NCBI GenBank assembly: GCA_964526215.1
Contig: CAZGKP010000001.1
Span: 1-50,306 of the forward strand
Length of the DNA: 50,306 bases
Direction: 5' to 3'
Origin: an uncultured Candidatus Sumerlaeota bacterium
GTDB taxonomy: Bacteria; Sumerlaeota; Sumerlaeia; MWCT01
Below are positions 34,994-44,358 of the stretch, piece after piece (the first letter of the stretch is position 1; every line of letters begins with the position of its first letter). The translations under genes were made by a program, and so were the position numbers. The notes under the pieces were generated by a model, which was given only the letters and a program-made list of their open reading frames with translations, had not been told where the DNA came from and did not search any database.

Positions 34994-35053
34994 CAGTCAG
35001 TTGTCCGTTGTATGCACTGCGCTTTTTTTACCTTTTGCCTTTTTACTTTTTAC
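34994..35053. repeat. Heptanucleotide arrays (cagtcag ttgtccg ttgtatg ... ttttacc ttttgcc tttttac tttttac)
   Basis: Three in-phase heptamers at 34994-35014 and four at 35026-35053, in the same 7-nt register. The stop codon of the radical SAM gene (35050-35052) lies in the last unit. Confidence 0.8.
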
Positions 35054-36342
35054 TTATTCAGTTCGTCGGTGCCTTCGGTGCGCCAGTATAGGGGACAGGC
35101 CCCGGTGCAAATCTCTTTGTATTCACAGTTCTGGCAGGGCGCAGGTAGAAATCGTTTCTCCTTAAAGAAACGGGCACGCTTCCCGTTCCAGACATCCCGA
35201 AACGGCTGCTTCAATAAGTTGCCCACGCTCTCATCATAACTGGAGCAGGGCAGGATACTGCCATCGGGAGCGATGCTTAAAAGCCCATCGCAGGCGGCGC
35301 ACGATTTATTCCCGAGACCTTCGGCAATCGGATTGAATATGCAATAAGGGGTTGGTGAATACCACAAAAATCTTATGCCCGCCCGGTGTGCCTTCTTTTT
35401 TATGGCGAGAATGATAGGCGGCAGGTCCGAATAGGCAAGTCGGAGTTCGTCCAGAGAGCCCACCGCCGCACCGCAGGGTATCATCAGATTCATAGAGAAT
35501 CTGTCCAGTCCGAGCGACTTCACAAATGACACAAAACCATTTGCGGCATCCCGGGCATTCAGGGCGTTCAGGGTGGTATTTGTATGGACGGTTATGCCAG
35601 CCTCGCGAAGAGCATCGAGACCACGAAGGGTTTTTTCAAATGCCCCCCGGACGCCGACAATTCGGTCGTGGAGCGCTGGCATTGACGCCTCAAGGCTCAC
35701 CTGTGCGCTGTTCAACCCGGCGGCTTTCAGGCGCTTCACGCGCTCGGTGGTTAAGAGTGTGGCGTTCGTGATGAGATTGGTGCGCATACCGAGTTTGCGG
35801 GCATAGTGAATAAGTTCCTCAAGGTCTTCACGGAGTGTCGGTTCACCGCCTGTGAAGCTTGTGCTGGGCACCCGGGCGTCATTGTAAATGATATCGAGGA
35901 TGTGCTTCACACCAGATGTATCAAGTTCGGGAAATTTGGGGAAATTACCTCCCGCATAGCAAAATCGGCAACGTAGATTACAACGATACGTAATGGCAAT
36001 CTCGCTCAGGACGGGGAGAGTATTTATGGGTGGTTTGAATTCTACTTCTTCGATGCCGAGCCGCCCAGAGCCTTCCCGGAGGCATCCCATCACGGCGGCG
36101 CGGATGTCGCAAAAGAAGTAATGAATCTCGCGCCGCGCCCCGGCATCATCGGGGACACTCTCTAACAAATCGGAAATTGAGCGACCTGCAAGCAGTTCCT
36201 TCAGAAGCCACACACCGGTGCGGTTCAGTTTATGCGCCTGATTCGGCACAAGGATAAGCAGGGCATCTTCCCGGCGCACATAGATATAAGGTTTGATTTC
36301 CCGGACGAACGAATCAATCCACTTGAGGTCTTCAGGGCGCAT
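35050..36342 (-). CDS. Radical SAM/SPASM-domain peptide maturase with an N-terminal PqqD-like (RRE) region
   Basis: The track ORF starts at 36402, but ATG 36342 overlaps the upstream TGA (TGATG) and gives 430 aa. It has the radical SAM motif CNLRCRFC and a GGEPTL SAM-binding segment. The SPASM-type Cys pattern is CAACDG...PDGSILPCSSYD...CQNCEYKEICTGACP. The N-terminal segment ALLILVPNQAHKLNRTGVWLLKELLAGRSISDLLESV resembles PqqD. Confidence 0.85.
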   Translation of the reverse strand: MRPEDLKWIDSFVREIKPYIYVRREDALLILVPNQAHKLNRTGVWLLKELLAGRSISDLLESVPDDAGARREIHYFFCDIRAAVMGCLREGSGRLGIEEVEFKPPINTLPVLSEIAITYRCNLRCRFCYAGGNFPKFPELDTSGVKHILDIIYNDARVPSTSFTGGEPTLREDLEELIHYARKLGMRTNLITNATLLTTERVKRLKAAGLNSAQVSLEASMPALHDRIVGVRGAFEKTLRGLDALREAGITVHTNTTLNALNARDAANGFVSFVKSLGLDRFSMNLMIPCGAAVGSLDELRLAYSDLPPIILAIKKKAHRAGIRFLWYSPTPYCIFNPIAEGLGNKSCAACDGLLSIAPDGSILPCSSYDESVGNLLKQPFRDVWNGKRARFFKEKRFLPAPCQNCEYKEICTGACPLYWRTEGTDELNK

Positions 36343-37937
36343 CAGTGGGCACCTCCGCTGACGCACGCCGAGTGGCAGGCGGAATGACACGCACTGTGGC
36401 ACGCAGAATGGCAGGCGCTGTGGCAGGCATCGTGACAGGCATTGTGGCAGGCGGTGTGGACGTAGCAGGCACTATGGCAGGCGTCGGATGAAATGAATGT
36501 CGCATAAGTCGCCGCGTCTTCCGGCACGATATCAGCCTCACAGACAGATTCCTCGAGCATATCGTATTCGCGCAGTCTAAAACGGAACCCATACATCTGT
36601 CCTTCCTCTTCCTCGAATCTCTCTTCTTCCGGTGGTTTGGGTGGAGGTGCCTCAAGCCGTGAGCGACAGTATTTCTTTGTCGCCTCGATGTCGCAATCCC
36701 ACGCCTTTCTCTGGATATTATCAACCGCCTCGATAAGGATGCCCTTCACCGTTTCCCGCTCAAGTGTATTATCGGGGCGGATGGCGGCAAGGATGCCCTT
36801 TTCATAATCATTTGCGGGAGGAGAAATCGGGTTTTGCCCACGTTCAACTCGCAACGGCGTTGGTGAAATGATGTGGATGAGTCCGCGCTCATTCATCGAA
36901 TATAGCAGGACGGCGAGGATGCGTTTCACCGGCATTTCAAGGAGGAGTGCGCCCTCGAAGTCATTCAGTTCGGCAACTTTGCCCGTTTTACGGAAGCTGG
37001 CAACCTGGATTTTGGGAGGCACCCAGTCGGCTCGTTCCCACATCACCTCCCGCACACTTTCAAGGGCGATTCTCTGAGACCTGACTTTTCTACCGGCGAG
37101 GATTGCTCCAAGGCTCATCAATGCACCGATGATGGCAAAACCGCCAAGGGGAAATTTTTCGCGTTCTGGCTCGTGTCGCACTACGCGATGCGGTGCTCCG
37201 CGACGTCCGGCTCTGCGTCTCGCCGGGGGCGTAAGTGAAAAATATTTCGCGTCTATATATTGCTGGACGTGGAGTCCCTTTTTTCGCGGGACGTCTTTCC
37301 AGTGCAGGCGCACAGTCAGCCAGTTCTTTCCCCTGTAGGGCTGTCCGTAGTAAGATATGAGATAACGTTTGTTCATCCATTTTTCCGTGCGGAAGGTGAA
37401 TTGTTCCATATCTTCGGGCTTCATCTCGGTTTTCTCAATCTCAATAGGATAGTGCACATAGAGGGTATAATGTTCCAGCGGTTCATCCCAGCCAATGGTT
37501 GACCAGTTTAAGACGACGAGTTTTTCGCCGGTTTTAGCGGTGGTATAAGCAAGGTAGCCATCGCGGGCAAGGTCGGCGGCATAGACCACAATAAACGTAG
37601 CATCGCCACCGAGAGCCTTGCCACCCGTCAGGATGATGTCGTATTTCTTTTTACCCACCTTCTTTATCGAGAGTGGATATTGGTGATTCTGCGCATCCAT
37701 CGCCTTGCAGGATGTGTAATCAAATATCGGGGTCGTTTCCGAGGGTTCAAAGTAGAAGCCGTGCATCTTGCCGGACAAAACACGGTAGCGGATTTTATAC
37801 ACGATAACGGTGCGTCCATTAGCGTTAAGGGAAAGGTCAGTTTCCACCCACAGAAGGTCTGTCTTAAGCGCCCACGAACCCGATACGAGAGAGAGATATA
37901 GAATCCCCGCTACAATGCTCTGCAATCGAATTCTCAT
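36342..37937 (-). CDS. Membrane protein (DUF2207-like layout) with a C-terminal Cys-His-x-Ala repeat tail; putative substrate of the adjacent maturase
   Basis: 531 aa with an N-terminal signal/anchor IVAGILYLSLVSGSWA, a ~240-aa domain, an internal TM helix FPLGGFAIIGALMSLGAILAG, a ~200-aa region containing VKRILAVLLYSMNERGLIHI, and the tail SSDACHSACYVHTACHNACHDACHSACHSACHSACHSACHSACVSGGAH. Confidence 0.8.
   Translation of the reverse strand: MRIRLQSIVAGILYLSLVSGSWALKTDLLWVETDLSLNANGRTVIVYKIRYRVLSGKMHGFYFEPSETTPIFDYTSCKAMDAQNHQYPLSIKKVGKKKYDIILTGGKALGGDATFIVVYAADLARDGYLAYTTAKTGEKLVVLNWSTIGWDEPLEHYTLYVHYPIEIEKTEMKPEDMEQFTFRTEKWMNKRYLISYYGQPYRGKNWLTVRLHWKDVPRKKGLHVQQYIDAKYFSLTPPARRRAGRRGAPHRVVRHEPEREKFPLGGFAIIGALMSLGAILAGRKVRSQRIALESVREVMWERADWVPPKIQVASFRKTGKVAELNDFEGALLLEMPVKRILAVLLYSMNERGLIHIISPTPLRVERGQNPISPPANDYEKGILAAIRPDNTLERETVKGILIEAVDNIQRKAWDCDIEATKKYCRSRLEAPPPKPPEEERFEEEEGQMYGFRFRLREYDMLEESVCEADIVPEDAATYATFISSDACHSACYVHTACHNACHDACHSACHSACHSACHSACHSACVSGGAH
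36345..36482 (-). repeat. 12-nt-period coding repeat encoding the (C-H-x-A)n tail
   Basis: Codon-by-codon reading gives nine C-H-x-A units. Adjacent 12-nt units are never identical; for example, the Ser codons run AGT, AGC, TCT, AGT, TCC, TCG. Confidence 0.9.
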
Positions 37938-38264
37938 TTTTAACCCGATGTATTCTGGTGAAATCTTGTAACCTCAATAACCAAAAGAGCAGGAGCAATC
38001 AAGCCCTTTTTGAGAAACCGGCAATTTTCCACAGGGCGCGTCAGGTTAGTCAAATCCCATTTTCCATAAAGAGAGAAATTCGGTGAGGTTCGGGTCAATT
38101 GTGGTGGAGTTTCCGGAAATTTACAAAGAAGCCAGATGCCTGCTCTAACCCAGATTTTGCATTACCTCTCCGCGCTCTCCGTGGTTAAATAAAAAAACAG
38201 CCGGTGAAAATTTGTCTGACGTGGCAAAATAAAAGAACAAAAAAACGCTAAAGTCCGGGATTCT

Positions 38265-41200
38265 TTAATACATAGCACGAAGGAACTCGAGGGCTTTGTC
38301 TAATTGCGGCTGACTCTGCCAGGCGGGATACTGAATGTGGATGACGGCGTTGTCTTCTGTATCTATGCGGAGACGGTCTTTGAGCGTCTTTCGGGCGTGA
38401 TGGAGCATTTCTGAAACTTTCTTAGTCTCCTCTCCCCTACCCTCTGTCGCTACCTTGAAGCCTCGTGAGGTGAGGATGATTTTTCTTAAACCTAAATTTG
38501 AAGTCATTACCCTTAACTCGGCTATTTTCAGGAGATTCTCTACCGCTCCCGGCAATACGCCATACCTGTCGCGGAGCTCTTCACGAATGTCGGCGATTTT
38601 CTCGAGCACAGTTGCCTCGGATAACCTCTTGTATATTCCAACTCTCTGCGCCTCAACCGGGATATAATCTGCCGGTATGTGGCTGGCAATGCTCCATTTT
38701 ATCTCTACCGGTCGCTCTTCTTCAACCACCTCGCCCTTCAGTCGCTTGACGGTCTTTTCTAAAAGCGAACAGTAAAAGTCGAATCCGACAGACAAGATGC
38801 AGCCGTGCTGTTCCTTGCCCAGGAGGTTACCGCTCCCGCGTATCTCTAAATCACGCATAGCGATGTTGAATCCGACGCCAAGTTCGGTAAATTCTTCGAT
38901 AGCGGCGAGTCGCTTTACGGCGGCATCGGTGATGGCTTCTCCTGTGGGCGTGATGAGATATGCGTAAGCACGCTTCACGTCCCGCCCCACCCTGCCGCGC
39001 AACTGATACAATTGTGCCAGCCCGAATGCGTCGGCTCGATTAATAATCATCGTATTTACATTGGGAATATCGAGTCCGTTTTCGATGATGGTTGTTGAGA
39101 GCAAAAGGTCGTATTTGCGGTCAATGAAATCGAGCATCACTTTTTCAAGCTGACGTTCATTCAGACGCCCGTGTGCAATGGCGAGGTTTAAGTCGGGGAC
39201 AATCTGTAACAAGCGCTCTGCCACCTGATTGATGCTGTGTATGCGATTATGGACGAAGAATATCTGCCCGCCACGATTGAGCTCGCGAAGGATTGCCTCG
39301 CGAATCATCTCATCATCCCAGTGGATTATTTTTGTGCGAATCGGGAGGCGGTCAGGCGGCGACGTATTGATTATGCTCAGATCGCGCAAGCCCGATAGTG
39401 CCATATAAAGTGTGCGCGGGATTGGCGTTGCGGTGAGCGTCAGAAAATCCACTGAAGCACGCAGATCTTTCAGTCGTTCTTTGTGCCGCACTCCAAAACG
39501 CTGCTCTTCATCCACAACAACCAGCCCCAGGTCGAGGAACTCCACGTCCTTTGAAAGCAATCGGTGCGTGCCCATAATAATGTGAATCTCGCCGTTTTTG
39601 AGCATTTGCAGAATCTTCTGCTGCTGGGAACGGGTACGGAAGCGGCTCAACATCTCGACTTTGAACGGATATTCGGCAAATCGCTCGGAGAATGTTTTGT
39701 AATGCTGCTGGCAGAGGATAGTTGTTGGAGCGAGGATGGCGACCTGTTTCCCCTCCTGCGCGACCTTGAATGCGGCGCGGATGGCGACCTCGGTCTTGCC
39801 ATAAGCCACATCGCCGCACACGAGGCGGTCCATCGGTTTTTCGGATTCGAGGTCTCGCTTCACCTGCTGGATAGCCGTCAACTGGTCGGGCGTTTCCTGA
39901 TAGATAAAAGAAGATTCAAATTCGCTCTGCCAGACGGTATCGGCATCGTAGGGATGTCCGCGCGCCAGGGCGCGCCGCGCATAGAGGTCGAGCAGTTCTC
40001 CCGCCATTTTCTCAATCTTTTCTTTTGTCTTCTTTTTCCGGGCGAGCCAGCGCTTACTGCCAAGCTCATCCAGAGGAGGCTGAATGTTTTCAACAATTGA
40101 ATATTTCTGGACATATTTTATCTTGTCCAGCGGCACGAGGAGTTTTGCGTTATGTGCGTAGAGAATCTCTAAAAGGTCAACGTTGCGCCCATCAATATTC
40201 TGTGTCCTGATGCCGAGGAATTTACCGATGCCGTGCTCAATGTGGACAACGTAATCGCCGCGCCTTATCTCGGACGGCGCCGCAATCGGCATCCCTTTGT
40301 ATATCTTGCGGTATATGTGGCGGCGCTTGTAACGACCGAATATCTCGCGGTCTGTAATGAGCAGGATGCGTGCATCGGGGAATATAAACCCCTCGTGGAG
40401 ATTGCCAATGGATAAAATAATGTCTCTTGCGCCCTCGATAACGCTGCGGGGTTGCCAATCCGAGACTTCACGTTTTTCGGGATTAAATTGCACCGCACTC
40501 AATTCACGTTCCCGCAAAAGCTCATCAAAACGCTGCACCTGCCCCTCATTATCGCAGACCACGTTAATCACATAATTCTCCCTTTGCTTATTCTTCATAA
40601 GGTCAAGGTAGCAATCGAGGGAAGGCGTAATGTCCTCAAAAGATAACGTCGTGAAACGGATAGGGTGTATGGCGGAGGAATCTTCAATCGGGAGTGCGGT
40701 ATGGGAGATTGTTTGAAAGCGCTGCGCCTCATCCGAGAGCATTTCCCAGTTTGTGTAAAGTGCATCGGGTAGGGGCGGCTTTTCTTCCTGTGCGATTGAA
40801 CGGGCATATTCCCGCTCGACCAGTTCCTCAAGACGTTTATGCTGCTGGATAAAGGCATCGGGTTCATCAAGTATCAGGATGGTGCTTTCATCGAGGCATT
40901 CTAAAAATGTTGCGAGGGGGAGATTTTCGTTCAGGGCTTTTCGTATAAGTTCAGCGATGTGCGCAGGGGGGATTGTGATTTCTTCAATGGCGTCTTGTGC
41001 TTTGTTGGAGCGTTGCGTGTAACAATCGAAGTGGCGGATTGATTCAATCTCTCGTCCGAACAAATCGAGGCGCACGGGGTCGGGTTCCGTAAGCGGGAAT
41101 ATGTCTATGATGCCGCCACGAATGCTGAATTCGCCGCGACTTTCAACGACAGTTGTCCTCTCATAACCGGATTCTGTCAGGCGATGGGCAAGTCTCTCCG

Positions 41201-41726
41201 TATCAACCTCATCGCCCCACGATAGCCTTATGCAATGTCGCTCGAAATATTCAAGCGGAAGGAGTTTGGGAAATATAGCCTCAATCGGGGCAACAATGAA
41301 AGGGGCATTGCTGGAGGTGAATTTCTCTCCTCGCTTTATGCGCGTGAGGGCGTGATAGGTATCGAGTTGTTTAGCAGCGATTTCGATGTGTGGTTCTTCG
41401 GTTTCATAAGGGAGGATTTCCCATGCGGGGAAATGAAAGACAGAATTTATACCGAAGAATTCCAGGTCGCCGAAGATTTCACCGGCGCGTTCGCGCCTTG
41501 ACGTCAGGATGCAAAAAGGGCGCGAGGTCTCGCGGGAAAGCGCCGCCAATACATAAGCCAGAGATGAACCCAGAAGCCCCGTTATACTTAAGTTAGCCTT
41601 TGTGGAGAAAAGCTCTCCTTTAAGTTTTCCGAATCTATCTGTGGCGGCGATCTCATCAAGTAGTGTATTTTGCAGTTTGTTCAGATTCACGTAGCAGTTC
41701 CTCAACGCGATGGCGGATTGTGCCAT
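38265..41726 (-). CDS. mfd: Transcription-repair coupling factor
   Basis: 1153 aa with a UvrB-homology N-terminus, a CarD-like RNAP-interaction domain ([18 protein letters not shown]), SF2 translocase motifs ([19 protein letters not shown]) and a TRCF C-terminal domain. The annotated start overlaps the upstream amidase gene by 71 nt, so the true start is uncertain. Confidence 0.95.
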   Translation of the reverse strand: MAQSAIALRNCYVNLNKLQNTLLDEIAATDRFGKLKGELFSTKANLSITGLLGSSLAYVLAALSRETSRPFCILTSRRERAGEIFGDLEFFGINSVFHFPAWEILPYETEEPHIEIAAKQLDTYHALTRIKRGEKFTSSNAPFIVAPIEAIFPKLLPLEYFERHCIRLSWGDEVDTERLAHRLTESGYERTTVVESRGEFSIRGGIIDIFPLTEPDPVRLDLFGREIESIRHFDCYTQRSNKAQDAIEEITIPPAHIAELIRKALNENLPLATFLECLDESTILILDEPDAFIQQHKRLEELVEREYARSIAQEEKPPLPDALYTNWEMLSDEAQRFQTISHTALPIEDSSAIHPIRFTTLSFEDITPSLDCYLDLMKNKQRENYVINVVCDNEGQVQRFDELLRERELSAVQFNPEKREVSDWQPRSVIEGARDIILSIGNLHEGFIFPDARILLITDREIFGRYKRRHIYRKIYKGMPIAAPSEIRRGDYVVHIEHGIGKFLGIRTQNIDGRNVDLLEILYAHNAKLLVPLDKIKYVQKYSIVENIQPPLDELGSKRWLARKKKTKEKIEKMAGELLDLYARRALARGHPYDADTVWQSEFESSFIYQETPDQLTAIQQVKRDLESEKPMDRLVCGDVAYGKTEVAIRAAFKVAQEGKQVAILAPTTILCQQHYKTFSERFAEYPFKVEMLSRFRTRSQQQKILQMLKNGEIHIIMGTHRLLSKDVEFLDLGLVVVDEEQRFGVRHKERLKDLRASVDFLTLTATPIPRTLYMALSGLRDLSIINTSPPDRLPIRTKIIHWDDEMIREAILRELNRGGQIFFVHNRIHSINQVAERLLQIVPDLNLAIAHGRLNERQLEKVMLDFIDRKYDLLLSTTIIENGLDIPNVNTMIINRADAFGLAQLYQLRGRVGRDVKRAYAYLITPTGEAITDAAVKRLAAIEEFTELGVGFNIAMRDLEIRGSGNLLGKEQHGCILSVGFDFYCSLLEKTVKRLKGEVVEEERPVEIKWSIASHIPADYIPVEAQRVGIYKRLSEATVLEKIADIREELRDRYGVLPGAVENLLKIAELRVMTSNLGLRKIILTSRGFKVATEGRGEETKKVSEMLHHARKTLKDRLRIDTEDNAVIHIQYPAWQSQPQLDKALEFLRAMY

Positions 41727-42213
41727 TGGCTATATAGCCATAAAAATCCTCGCCGGGACAGAGCGTTTTTGCATAGTCCCTGTGCCCCTTTATGAATGCG
41801 GGTGAAATATTATAGGTGGCGCATAGCCACGCACAGAGATGCACAACGGCATCGAGCTGGCAAGGCGATACAATCTGCTCCTCATAGTTTCCCATAAGGC
41901 AAATCAAGGCGTGCCCGGTCGGGTCGTATTCGGTATTTGTCTCGCCGCAAAAGGCGAGCTCTCGTCCCTCCCAGCAATTGCCTTCAAGGTCAATCTTGAA
42001 GTGATAGGGAATATCGGGCCAATTTTTTTTATGGAAGCTGAAATCCTGTAATTGTTTCATATGTTCGGCAGGTGAAATTTCGCCATCATAGCGAATGCCA
42101 GAATGATGCAGTGTAATGAAGCGAATCTTATGGCGCTTCATACGGGCGTAATCAGGAGGCTCAGCATCCCACTCCTCCCGCGGAAAAATCACCGGCATAT
42201 TTACTCTTCCCAT
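41656..42213 (-). CDS. N-acetylmuramoyl-L-alanine amidase, Amidase_2/PGRP family
   Basis: 185 aa with REEWDAEPP...ITLHHSG and HRDYAKTLCPG, which are Zn-ligand motifs of the AmpD/PGRP fold. No obvious signal peptide. Confidence 0.8.
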   Translation of the reverse strand: MGRVNMPVIFPREEWDAEPPDYARMKRHKIRFITLHHSGIRYDGEISPAEHMKQLQDFSFHKKNWPDIPYHFKIDLEGNCWEGRELAFCGETNTEYDPTGHALICLMGNYEEQIVSPCQLDAVVHLCAWLCATYNISPAFIKGHRDYAKTLCPGEDFYGYIANGTIRHRVEELLRESEQTAKYTT

Positions 42214-42336
42214 AACAAAGACTCGTCACTTTCAATGCGATGAGAGAAACGGAGATACAAGCCACAGATGGAACATTCGCCCATGGTGAATTTCGTAGAT
42301 GACGCAGATTTTTACCCTTATTTGTGGCTATAATGT

Positions 42337-43428
42337 CTATTTGATTGCAAGCATACGTTCGAGTGCGACCCTTGCACTTGCCTTGATGCGTTCATCAACC
42401 TCGATAACGTTGACTTTGCCTATATTCTTGAGCGCCCAGTAAAGGTTGCGGAGATTCACCTGCGCCATATCGGGGCAGGGTGAGCAGGAAAGTTCGACAA
42501 CCTTTTTATCCGGATTTTCGTCCGCAAGCCTTGAAACGAGATTTATCTCCGTGCCGATTACGATTGTGGAGTCGGCGGGGGCATCCTCGACATACTTTAC
42601 AATAAAGGCAGTTGAGCCATTTGCATCCGCGGCGTCAACGACCTCCTCGGGGCATTCGGGATGCACAACCACACGGCAACCGGCATAATTCTCCCGTGCA
42701 AGCTTCACCTGCTGCAGAGTAAAATCCGTATGGACGTGGCAATATCCCTTCCAGAGTATCGCCTTTGAGCGTTGAATCGCTTCTGCGTCGCAACCGCCCG
42801 AAGGGAGCGTCTGGTCCCACACGACCATCCTGTCGCGAGGGATTTCTAACGCATTGCAGCTATTACGTCCGAGGTTTTCGTCAGGCATAAAGAGGAAACG
42901 TTCACCTTGCCCAAGTGCCCATTCAATCACCTCTTTCGCATTTGAAGATGTGCAGATGATGCCGTCCCTTTCGCCGCAGAATGCCTTGATTTCCGAAGAG
43001 GAATTAACATACGTAATGGGGATAACGCGCTTTATGTTAACCACCGATGCGATGTCACCCCAGGCGCGTGTAACATCCGCAAGGGTTGCCATATCTGCAA
43101 GTGGACAGCCAGCGTTCGGTGCAGGATGTATTACGACCTGTTCGGGGCGGCAGAGCATAGCGGCTGTCTCCACCATAAATTCAACACCGCAAAAGACGAT
43201 GAATTCCGCCTTTTCAAGACTTGCAGCCCTGCGTGCAAGCGCCAGCGAATCACCACGGTAGTCCGAAAGATGCACTATCTCCTTTCTCTGATAATGATGC
43301 CCGAGTATAACCAGCCTTTCACCGTATTCTTCTTTTATCTCCTTAATTCCCTCTATCAGATCCTCATCAGAAAGGGTGCGAATATCACGAGGTAATAGCA
43401 TCGCAACCCAGCTATTTTCCATAGCCAT
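42337..43428 (-). CDS. nadA: Quinolinate synthase
   Basis: 363 aa with NadA-like motifs (VILGHHYQ, FCGVEFM, FMPDENLG, VVVHPECP, CSPCPDM). Confidence 0.9.
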   Translation of the reverse strand: MAMENSWVAMLLPRDIRTLSDEDLIEGIKEIKEEYGERLVILGHHYQRKEIVHLSDYRGDSLALARRAASLEKAEFIVFCGVEFMVETAAMLCRPEQVVIHPAPNAGCPLADMATLADVTRAWGDIASVVNIKRVIPITYVNSSSEIKAFCGERDGIICTSSNAKEVIEWALGQGERFLFMPDENLGRNSCNALEIPRDRMVVWDQTLPSGGCDAEAIQRSKAILWKGYCHVHTDFTLQQVKLARENYAGCRVVVHPECPEEVVDAADANGSTAFIVKYVEDAPADSTIVIGTEINLVSRLADENPDKKVVELSCSPCPDMAQVNLRNLYWALKNIGKVNVIEVDERIKASARVALERMLAIK

Positions 43429-43567
43429 TTTGCAACCCCCATTTTTCCGCTGTCAGACTGTAAATGAATATAAAGACCTATGCCATTTATACTACCTGGC
43501 GCAAGTGGTTTCTGGTATCGGGAATTTGGAGATTACGTCTTGGTCGGTTAAATAGGAGGGAGGATTC

Positions 43568-43960
43568 TCAAAATTCCTTGAGCGATTTAAGAATCTCATC
43601 AAGGCGTTTGTGCACCTTGCTATTTTCCGGTTGTGTCTCAAGAGTTTTCTGGAGGGCACGAATCTCACTCTCGAGATGCTGGCGAAATGCAAGCTCACGT
43701 CTGCGCTTCCGTGTCAATCGCTCAATTTCCAGTCTGTAAAACCGCGACCTGTCCATCCCCTTCAGAATAATGTATTCAAGAATCACAACCACCAGCACCA
43801 GAAAAGAATATGGGCTATAGAGCACAGAGAAAAAGAGATTCACGTCATTCACCAGCAGCAAAAAGATACACAGGCAGGCAACTATGCCCAGAATAATTTC
43901 AACCACAAGATATGGGGCATTTGTCTTTTTCATAGCTCTTTGCCGGGTTAAAAATTTCAC
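43568..43960 (-). CDS. Hypothetical small membrane protein with a C-terminal coiled coil
   Basis: 130-aa ORF (an alternative start MKKTNAPY lies at 43933) with two TM helices and then RLEIERLTRKRRRELAFRQHLESEIRALQKTLE. Confidence 0.5.
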   Translation of the reverse strand: MKFLTRQRAMKKTNAPYLVVEIILGIVACLCIFLLLVNDVNLFFSVLYSPYSFLVLVVVILEYIILKGMDRSRFYRLEIERLTRKRRRELAFRQHLESEIRALQKTLETQPENSKVHKRLDEILKSLKEF

Positions 43961-44115
43961 ATAAGCAACATCATTTCAGTCAACAATCAAGAAGGCGCGA
44001 GTGGTTTCCCAAAACGTGCAGAAGTATTAAATCTATTAGGAAGCCAAGAAACCATGAGTATTTACTCTTAAAGAATAAATCATTCAAGAATGACCCCCTT
44101 ATTATGTGGCATTAC

Positions 44116-44358
44116 TCAAGACGCTATGTATAATTTCCGTTTCAAGTTCTCGGCAGGCGTGAGTTCCCCATCTGCAATCTCCTTTTGAGCTGTCTCAAAT
44201 GCCTCCAGAAAACCGGGGATGCGCAGGAGTTTTTCAGTCGCCTCATTACTTTCGCGCTCCCCAAGATACGCAAGAAAATCATTAGCTGCCTTGAGGCAAT
44301 CTGCGGAAAGTGAATCGAGTTTACGTTTGGCTTCGCGTCTGAGGGTTTGGGTATCCAT
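44116..44358 (-). CDS. Small helical protein, antitoxin-like (no partner toxin)
   Basis: The track ORF starts at 44460, but ATG 44358 follows AAGGGGGA and gives 80 aa (MDTQTLRREAKRKLDSLSADCLKAANDFLAYLGERE...IPGFLEAFETAQKEIADGELTPAENL). It resembles small TA antitoxin/addiction-module components. This is a weak, memory-based call. Confidence 0.4.
   Translation of the reverse strand: MDTQTLRREAKRKLDSLSADCLKAANDFLAYLGERESNEATEKLLRIPGFLEAFETAQKEIADGELTPAENLKRKLYIAS

Noticed and set aside
36332-36724. 130-aa minus-strand ORF rich in Pro/Ala/Thr (…PATSTPPATMPVTMPATAPA…).
   Set aside because: It is an alternative-frame shadow of the 12-nt Cys-His repeat and of the 3' end of the 531-aa gene. It has no independent start context.
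43961-44115. Looked for a toxin partner downstream of the antitoxin-like 80-aa gene.
   Set aside because: There is no ORF of useful length in the 155-bp gap, and the next gene encodes a membrane protein. The antitoxin call therefore stays weak and no TA system is claimed.
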